A stretch of 64,000 nucleotides of DNA from a virus. Its lineage: Duplodnaviria > Heunggongvirae > Uroviricota > Caudoviricetes. Of the stretch, positions 58,401 to 64,000 are shown one piece after another. Below the pieces are notes generated by a model that was given only the letters and a program-made list of their open reading frames with translations, was not told where the DNA came from and did not search any database. The stretch lies in IMG/VR virus record IMGVR_UViG_3300013232_000486; one strand, given 5' to 3'. The first letter of the stretch is position 1; every line of letters starts with the position of its first letter. Position numbers and translations under genes: made by a program.

Positions 58401-58934
58401 ACAAGTCGAGAAGTCAACCTGTGTCCCCATGGACACGTCGGTTATGTAACCTTCCTCGATCATGCGGCAGATGTCTGGGTGGGCCTCTCGGTCAACGAAG
58501 AAAGTACAATAGACCGATCCAGTCCTCTCGTCCCACTCCGCCAGGACGACCTTACCCTTCGCGTTCTCGACCTCGCCGTTCTGGTGGTTCGTGAAGATCG
58601 GTACGCCTTCAAACGTCTTGTAGCTCTTGATCAGTTCTTCGCGGCTGAAATAGTCGCCGTTGTCGTTCTCTTTGTCGGCCTCAATGGCCTTGGCCTTGAC
58701 CCACAACGCGGTCGGGCGTTTAGAAATCTCTGCCCGCAAGTCGACCTGTCCGTCAGTCCCACGGGCGATCTCTCCGATGAACTTGCCCTTCTTCGTGGAG
58801 GCGGCTTCCTTGTGCGACAATACGTCTTCGACGCCACGGGCTATGATCTTAGCCGTGGTCGTTTTCGCATAGGATTTGAGCCCAGAGGATTTCTCTTCCG
58901 TGGTGGGGATGGGGATGCCCGTCTTGACTAGCAT
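55416..58934 (-). CDS. Prohead protease fused to scaffold-like repeats and zinc ribbons (1172 aa)
   Basis: NDNGDYF, FTNH, DVSMG, CSICG...CAHI and FIELSIV motifs; ITEKQL repeats; two CxxC...CxxC pairs. Confidence 0.8.
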   Translation of the reverse strand: MLVKTGIPIPTTEEKSSGLKSYAKTTTAKIIARGVEDVLSHKEAASTKKGKFIGEIARGTDGQVDLRAEISKRPTALWVKAKAIEADKENDNGDYFSREELIKSYKTFEGVPIFTNHQNGEVENAKGKVVLAEWDERTGSVYCTFFVDREAHPDICRMIEEGYITDVSMGTQVDFSTCSICGNKAQTADTYCAHIKNMKGRHVDGKPVFERNYGLKFIELSIVTDGACEDCTIRELVDPEDFQIAKEELQKAAANNINRLVATGAILKEAGQQELQDLNEAMDLVTGVIQSMLGQRQFIDLEFMQKLGEILAELQHQVDELVDQGYGNVGPETQAAAAQPQVPPIPETAPQTGAMPPAAEAAPGGAGVGKITEPMAASSTAMSKFSASVKDLRDLVQKISNETKEHTGGLRNVGSDKTQETIRKLATIWGNPSVRQYTTEVSEGDFKIVVGKDEVIGLRGGQKIASLKIADQDQDIRDGIKANPHEYASHMLDGLKLRFNTVEAAKAPTDTAAQQQQTMEAQLESQRLPLHPREKDVRENITEDQLETKRDGYDKHARNDKVAEEITEKQLRSVPDKQFDRQGSEVKETQELQLRNKGIKGNVTPADQSYAKGVADQLETLPEKQLDQHRGGETEPKEAITEKQLKDQDAPWGRRIASKEDAKLAIAAVNNALAKTVIATGATPEELVGMAIAMTSSPSASVKNGEMIEKSAGKAESREQMLRRASYHGSKLNTSVEEVKEYLLGSLADKGFVADVGMTVLATVARKANAAAVITEEVKKEQEPKAKVVEASASDFLAEAINEESEETVRVDLPVADIKVDQKDKDAFAKAAFELATKVAGSHGMKVTKTVSVAVEEKTAKVSVLASKMSEEEKKAYAAEELKVRKEARRKVVAQTPGGGGMPAAPGGDPMGGGGTTMPAAPMGDPTGAGMPPVGALSAPAPDEVAPEGKEEGGEAQPPGSICPACGSKDVDAENGEIQCNGCGAKGTITVKIDMLKWPGALTQKGPEMGEEGGEEIGAEPEGIGEMGGGPGLEMPQVGVAASFKVTPEMVKKANNKPIGSFCPTCGSDKVKLALKQGAGRGNCQNCGNSHKVDIFVDENDQKSILARVEWNDLGVKKMAEKQAQKMVETSAKAEKLEKALAFKGMTEQFKKANLEQKAKMIDELLKKGLLD

Positions 58935-58971
58935 TCTTTTATCCTAGTGTCAGACTCGTGCCCTGTTCAAA

Positions 58972-59000
58972 TAATTGGTGTTTCACGTGTTCTAATCCTT
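58972..59000 (-). promoter_or_regulatory. Putative phage late promoter (AAGGA-N17-CCAAT)
   Basis: AAGGA ttagaacacgtgaaaca CCAATTA upstream of the protease gene. Confidence 0.5.
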
Positions 59001-59416
59001 TAGATATTGTCGAATCTGTCGTCGACGCTATCTGTTGTTATCGTCTCGGTGTCCGCCCCCAGAGCCGCGAGGGCCTGGGCTGGCGTCATCGATGGCTTCC
59101 AGTTTTGCACCTTGTTCTTCGCGTTCAGCTTGAATTCCTCGAGTTGTTCCGGAGACAGCTTCCCAGCCAAGTAGTCAAGATCATCTCCAGGAACGATATA
59201 GCCAAGCTTTGGGTCCCATGGGAACGGTGAGTTTTCGAGGAGTTCGTCTTCCTCTTCTTCCTTTTCCTTTAGCTTTTGCTTGGCCCCCTCTGGAGGATCC
59301 GTGTACTTCTTGACGTCCTTAAGGGCAGCAGAATTGACGTCAATGAGTTGCGAGGGGCTATCCTCGACAAACTCCTTGTAATACGCGCCTTCGCCAATCA
59401 TCTTTATGCTTGGCAT
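59000..59416 (-). CDS. Hypothetical acidic protein (138 aa)
   Basis: Overlaps the upstream stop, within the head operon. Confidence 0.65.
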   Translation of the reverse strand: MPSIKMIGEGAYYKEFVEDSPSQLIDVNSAALKDVKKYTDPPEGAKQKLKEKEEEEDELLENSPFPWDPKLGYIVPGDDLDYLAGKLSPEQLEEFKLNAKNKVQNWKPSMTPAQALAALGADTETITTDSVDDRFDNI

Positions 59417-62400
59417 CTGGACTTCTCGGCCTTCTCTATGGTTGCTTTGATGACCTTGTCCACCATTCCAGCCTCGTCAAGCTTTCCTTCCTCGTCCAAC
59501 CTGTTGGCCAGCTTTATGAGTTTGTCGACCGTGGTTGCAACTGGCTTGGAGAGAGGAGGCGCATAGTTCATCAGCGCGTCCAATCCCATTTCCGATAATG
59601 CCGAGGACAACTCCTCGGACTTCATGTTCGGGTTCATGCCGATCAGGTCCATCGCCCGTTGCAGAGACTGCTTCGCCTTCATGACTACTTGAGGAGGAGC
59701 CGCGCCAAGGTTTCTCAGGTCGACGCCCTTCAATTGGTTCATGACTGGTCTTAGCATCATTTTCAGAGCGCCAGACATCTGACTTGGAGAGTACGGTTGC
59801 GTTTGTGGGGCAGCCTTTTCTGGTTCTGGTACTGGTACTGGTTTAGCCTCTGGTTGAACTTCTGGAACTACTGGCGCTTCTGGAACCGTTGGTTCGGTTG
59901 GTTCTGGAGGCTTCTCTGTCACTTCTTCCTCCTTTTGTACTTCTTCATTAATCGTATCTGTTTCTTCCTCAGGCTGTGGTTCCGTACCTGGTACCTCTTC
60001 TTCTTGACCCGTCTCCTCGGCCTTGAGGGCGTACGACATGTCGTCTTCCCATGGCTCGGACGGAGGCTGCTGCCCCTTCGACTCGTAGAGCATTCGTTCA
60101 AGGTTCTCTCGTCCTTGTACGAGGTTGCCGTTCCTCTTGACGCTCTGTACGAGCACGTCGTTATCGGCGTATATCTCGATCCTAGGATTCGAGTCTGGCA
60201 TGGTGGTCTTGTAGTGTTGTAGGTACTGTCTAATCCACGGGGACACGCTGCTGGAGAACAACATCGGGTCCGCGTCTCCTGGGTTCTTGATCCACTGCTC
60301 TTCCTTCTTTCCATCTGGACCAGTTGCCAGCATCTTGATCCCGTAGAGCCTTCCAGCCTTCGGTCGAAGTGACGCCCTCGGGTTGTTCATCGCTTCTTCT
60401 AGCATTGCGACGACACGCGGCGAAACGGTATCTCCCATTCCTCCCTTGTCGACCACGTCGCAGTACTTGCATATTGATCCGAAGGAATACAGCGAGTGAT
60501 ACTCTGGATCAGACATCAATGACTGAGCTTCTTGGGAGAGCATGAACGCCTCGGACGCTGCCTTGGCTTGCTCGCTGTTGATTCCCGCTGGAGGAGCGCC
60601 GCCAGAAGCCAGTTGCTTCCCTAGTTCTATGGTTTTTCTGAAGACTGGGTTTCTGATAGATTCGTTGTATTTGGAAACAGTGTTGAACACGTACTTAGCC
60701 GTTTCCTCGTAGTCCCTTGAGGTGAACAAGTCCGACCTCGTGGTCTGCGTTATGCAGCCCATGATGTCGTCGCTCAGGCAGAACTTGTTCTTCATGAACG
60801 AGGCCATGGCCCCGAAGTCTTTCCACTTCACTCCGTCTTGGTCCTTGTACATCGTGTCGGCGACGTTCATCGTGTCGCCGTCGTCTTTCATGACCTGGTA
60901 GAAGTCATTCTCTTTGTCTGGCGCTGGCAACGAGAGCTTGTCTGGAGACCACTGCTTGCTTCCAGCGGGGATCCCGCCAGATTCGGTAGCCCAGAAGTTC
61001 TCCTCAAGGATCTCCCATCCTCCGCCGAAGTCCTTTCCTGCGCCAGTCTTCTGCGGGCTATGACCGACTGGCCTTGCAAGGATGGCCATGGCTCCCTTGG
61101 AGATGTATCTTCCCGCGCTGTTTGGGTCTAGCCTAGGCATGGCCTTGCGCGTTACGAATGACGGTGATCCGTCCTCCTCGCCATGGTACAAAGCGCTCTG
61201 CTCGGCATTGGTGACGTAAAGGTGAGCGCCGTTTATGGTTTGGTGAACCTTGTTCGGGTCGACTTCGGTCAGCGTCTCTCCCCACGCATCTCCTTGTTTC
61301 ACGTGTTGTCTTGCCACGAACGTATTGCCGTGTCTGATCGCGCTGACCGGTGTCTCTGGTACGATTGCCTTTGGCGCTGGGGCGGTCATGAGGCTGCGTG
61401 GGTTCTTTGGCAACCCAGCGGCGTCTGTGTCGTATCCCTTGGTGTAGATCTGTGATTGGACTGGGGCGCACGTCTGCCCATAGACGTATCGTTCTGGTTT
61501 GACATCCACCAGTCCCAAGTCCGCGAGAGCCCTGAATCCCTCAAAGTACGGCTTTATGGCATTCAAGGCCTCATTCATCTTGGCGGTATCGGCTGGCTTG
61601 TTTGCGCTTGCTTCTGTGGCCGCTGCTACGCGTAAGTTGATATACTTGTCGCAACTCTCAAGGAACCTTTGAACGGTCTGGTCTCTGCCACCTGGTTGCG
61701 CCTTGATCGCCTTTGCCATGGCCATTAGAGCTTTCGCGTCCATCGCGATTGATGCTGCCATGGCCTTGAGCGCTGGATTGTCTGGCGTGTTTATGTTGGC
61801 CTTCTTGGCAGTTATAAACTCCGCTTGCTTGCTCTTTAGTTCCATGTACTTCATGCCAAGGCCATTCAGGCCAGCAGAAACATGGTCAGCGATAAGCCTC
61901 TTGCTTCCATTCAATGAGTTCCTGATCTGTCCACCAACCGTGTCGGAATCGAATACCTCGTCCTCGTTGCTTCTTGGAACCAAAGACAATGACTTGTCGT
62001 CTCCGCTAAGCATGAACGGCATGCCGTGGTCGTCATAGAGGAAGAACTGACTGCCAGAGATCATGCTCTTCTCGGCAATTACTTGCTCTGGATCGAAGGG
62101 CATGCCTTCCTTCATGTTCTTTTCTTCTGCCAACTGCTCGATGATTAGGGCCAGAGATATGGTTGGCTTGGAAGGCAATGGCGATATCCCAGTCTTGGAG
62201 GTCTGATCTAGAACATATTGGCTGATGAGGTTCTTCGCCTTAAGGTAAAGTTCTGGGATGACGTTCACTGTCATCCTCAACGAGGAGTTGGCATCCGCAG
62301 CCTTCTTGCCCCTAGAACGGGCCATATCTTGTCCGCGAAGATAGGCGTTGATCTGAGGCTCGATCGGCTCTTCTTGGTTGAACTTGTGCGGAAGACTTAT

Positions 62401-63342
62401 TTCAACTGGATCCTTCCTGTCGGGGAAGTCCTTTTCCATCGCCTTCAACAAGTTGATTAGTCCGCCGATCCTTCCGTACAGGCGATACGGGATGCTGTTC
62501 GTGATCCCGACCTTGACGTCTTTCCATCGCAGATGCTTGTATTGATCGTCCTCGGAAGTCCTTCGCGGCTGAGAGAAGAGATACTTCTTTCCGCCCCTTG
62601 GAAGTTCGTACAAGAGTTTGACGCGCCAGTCTGGTTTCGTTACCGCTTCTACACCCTTCGCGTCCGCAGTCTGGCAAGTGGCCATTACAGGAGAATAAGG
62701 AAGCTCGGAGGCGACTGGATGGTTGAACCCATCCACTCCGACCAGAGATAGCTGGTTATACATCCCAGCCAGAAACCCCATGGTTCCAGATTGCTTGATC
62801 GCCCCGCATATGGCAGATGGAAGGTGTTTCTGCGTGGTGAGCCTCTGCCACTTCGACCCAAGTCCACAAGCCTTCATCATCGGGCCTGAGGCCATGGCCT
62901 CGTGCTGTATGCTGGAGATGATGACCATCTTATGGTCTGATTCCGCCTTATGCTGGATCTCGTGGATGATCTCTTTGCCCATGATGTCGGTCTTGGTGTA
63001 TGGCTTGGCTGGCTTTTCTTGTGGCCTTGGAACTCCCCATGTCTCAAAGGCATGGGTCAATGCTTCCGCTTGCGTCCCGAACTTCTTGCCGCTGGCCCCG
63101 TGGTCCGCTGGCATTTTGCGAAGCCCGGCAAAGAAGAAGTATCCCTTCGTCTTGCTGAAGCCTGGGGACACGACGACGTAGTAATCGTTTCCAGTAGTGG
63201 AGTCATGGCCTTCCCACCTGAAGTAGGATCCAGGTCCGATTTGTTCACGCATGCCTTCTTTCAGATAGGTCGACTTGTCGCCGTACGTCTCTTCCCATCT
63301 GATTCCGCGCTCACGAATTGGTTTCGCCATTGCCCGCTCCAT
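59404..63342 (-). CDS. Large hypothetical head-module protein (1312 aa)
   Basis: Long ORF with an acidic/Pro linker and C-terminal KLIKLANRLDEEGKLDEA helix. Confidence 0.8.
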   Translation of the reverse strand: MERAMAKPIRERGIRWEETYGDKSTYLKEGMREQIGPGSYFRWEGHDSTTGNDYYVVVSPGFSKTKGYFFFAGLRKMPADHGASGKKFGTQAEALTHAFETWGVPRPQEKPAKPYTKTDIMGKEIIHEIQHKAESDHKMVIISSIQHEAMASGPMMKACGLGSKWQRLTTQKHLPSAICGAIKQSGTMGFLAGMYNQLSLVGVDGFNHPVASELPYSPVMATCQTADAKGVEAVTKPDWRVKLLYELPRGGKKYLFSQPRRTSEDDQYKHLRWKDVKVGITNSIPYRLYGRIGGLINLLKAMEKDFPDRKDPVEISLPHKFNQEEPIEPQINAYLRGQDMARSRGKKAADANSSLRMTVNVIPELYLKAKNLISQYVLDQTSKTGISPLPSKPTISLALIIEQLAEEKNMKEGMPFDPEQVIAEKSMISGSQFFLYDDHGMPFMLSGDDKSLSLVPRSNEDEVFDSDTVGGQIRNSLNGSKRLIADHVSAGLNGLGMKYMELKSKQAEFITAKKANINTPDNPALKAMAASIAMDAKALMAMAKAIKAQPGGRDQTVQRFLESCDKYINLRVAAATEASANKPADTAKMNEALNAIKPYFEGFRALADLGLVDVKPERYVYGQTCAPVQSQIYTKGYDTDAAGLPKNPRSLMTAPAPKAIVPETPVSAIRHGNTFVARQHVKQGDAWGETLTEVDPNKVHQTINGAHLYVTNAEQSALYHGEEDGSPSFVTRKAMPRLDPNSAGRYISKGAMAILARPVGHSPQKTGAGKDFGGGWEILEENFWATESGGIPAGSKQWSPDKLSLPAPDKENDFYQVMKDDGDTMNVADTMYKDQDGVKWKDFGAMASFMKNKFCLSDDIMGCITQTTRSDLFTSRDYEETAKYVFNTVSKYNESIRNPVFRKTIELGKQLASGGAPPAGINSEQAKAASEAFMLSQEAQSLMSDPEYHSLYSFGSICKYCDVVDKGGMGDTVSPRVVAMLEEAMNNPRASLRPKAGRLYGIKMLATGPDGKKEEQWIKNPGDADPMLFSSSVSPWIRQYLQHYKTTMPDSNPRIEIYADNDVLVQSVKRNGNLVQGRENLERMLYESKGQQPPSEPWEDDMSYALKAEETGQEEEVPGTEPQPEEETDTINEEVQKEEEVTEKPPEPTEPTVPEAPVVPEVQPEAKPVPVPEPEKAAPQTQPYSPSQMSGALKMMLRPVMNQLKGVDLRNLGAAPPQVVMKAKQSLQRAMDLIGMNPNMKSEELSSALSEMGLDALMNYAPPLSKPVATTVDKLIKLANRLDEEGKLDEAGMVDKVIKATIEKAEKSRCQA

Positions 63343-64000
63343 ATGTCTTAAGCAAGTTTTCCATCTGAGATTCCGCAGCCTTGTTCATTTGCTGCTGCTT
63401 GCCTAAAGCTCTTTTCCAGCTCTTGTGTATTGCTTGGGCCAGCGTCTGGGTAACAGCCTCTTGCTTCTCTTCTAGTTCGGTCTCTCCAAACCTGATGACC
63501 GTCCATCCCGCTCCTGCCAGTTCCATGTCGCGCTTCGTGTCCCTGGCCACGTCTTCTGGGTTCGAATGGAACTGGTCTCCGTCGCATTCGATGACCAACT
63601 GCAATGCTGGGATTGCGAAGTCTGCCTTGTACGGACCAAGCGGGTACTGAGCGAAGCGCTTGAACGGGATGTTCATGTTCAAGAGGATCCTGTACATCAC
63701 TTGCTCGATCGAGGTCAGCCGCGTACCCGAAGGCATCGCCTGCTCCTCGTCCATCATCTTTTCGGACAGCTTTTTCTGGCTGTCCTTGGCCCTAGACTTC
63801 GTGAGTATTTTCCCAGTACTTCCTCCAGCGGCAGCAGCCGCTGCTGCTGGCGCTCCACCAGCGGGTGCTGCGCCACCGCCCATGTCGCCACCCATCGGAG
63901 GGGCTCCGGCTCCGCCCATCTCTCCTCCACCCATCGGAGGCGCTCCAGCCCCGCCCATACCCATGTCCATGCTAGGAGGAGCCCCGCCACCACCTCCACC
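63311..64000 (-). CDS. 5'-partial gene with a Gly/Pro/Met linker and C-terminal DUF559/Vsr-like endonuclease domain (probably the portal C-terminus)
   Basis: Frame open to base 64000; QYPLGPYKADF...IECDG..FH...RDTKRD..L...GWTVIRF. Portal identity is inferred only from its position at the start of the head module. Confidence 0.65.
   Translation of the reverse strand, partial: GGGGGGAPPSMDMGMGGAGAPPMGGGEMGGAGAPPMGGDMGGGAAPAGGAPAAAAAAAGGSTGKILTKSRAKDSQKKLSEKMMDEEQAMPSGTRLTSIEQVMYRILLNMNIPFKRFAQYPLGPYKADFAIPALQLVIECDGDQFHSNPEDVARDTKRDMELAGAGWTVIRFGETELEEKQEAVTQTLAQAIHKSWKRALGKQQQMNKAAESQMENLLKTYGAGNGETNS

Noticed and set aside
1-64000. Alternative genetic code (stop-codon reassignment)
   Set aside because: TAA, TAG and TGA all end full-length recognisable genes, and coding density is high in code 11.
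1-64000. tRNA, tmRNA or rRNA genes
   Set aside because: Intergenic gaps are mostly under about 120 nt and I saw no cloverleaf pattern; tRNAscan-SE would be needed to exclude them formally.

Overview
This window is a gene-dense segment of a large tailed dsDNA phage (Caudoviricetes), read in the standard code. I saw no rRNA, tRNA or CRISPR array. The right end (minus strand, about 51.3-64 kb) is the head module: a probable portal C-terminus carrying a DUF559/Vsr-like nuclease domain, a 1312-aa unknown protein, a 1172-aa prohead protease/scaffold, an 852-aa scaffold-like protein, a decoration protein and the major capsid protein. The middle (plus strand, about 14.4-36 kb) is the neck/tail module: tail tube, tail chaperone with a GGGAAAA -1 frameshift, tape measure and large tail proteins, with no recognisable sheath gene. 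Accessory genes include three glycosyltransferases, a CCA-adding enzyme, PhoH, a ferritin-like protein, a NucS-like nuclease, an actin-like ATPase, ClpC, a single-chain SbcD-SbcC fusion, a lipase, a C5 DNA methyltransferase with a nested out-of-frame ORF, a HAD nucleotidase, a metacaspase, a permuted NlpC/P60 enzyme, an ArdC-like protein and two free-standing LAGLIDADG endonucleases. Two signals go beyond the gene list: (1) an intergenic motif, RAGGW-N17-NVAAY, found 10 times with identical spacing and probably a phage late promoter; (2) an N-terminal peptide M-x-W-F-[RT]-K-[IF]-A shared by three unrelated proteins downstream of that motif, a candidate capsid-targeting tag for packaged cargo. 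All family assignments come from motif recognition by eye; no database searches were run.
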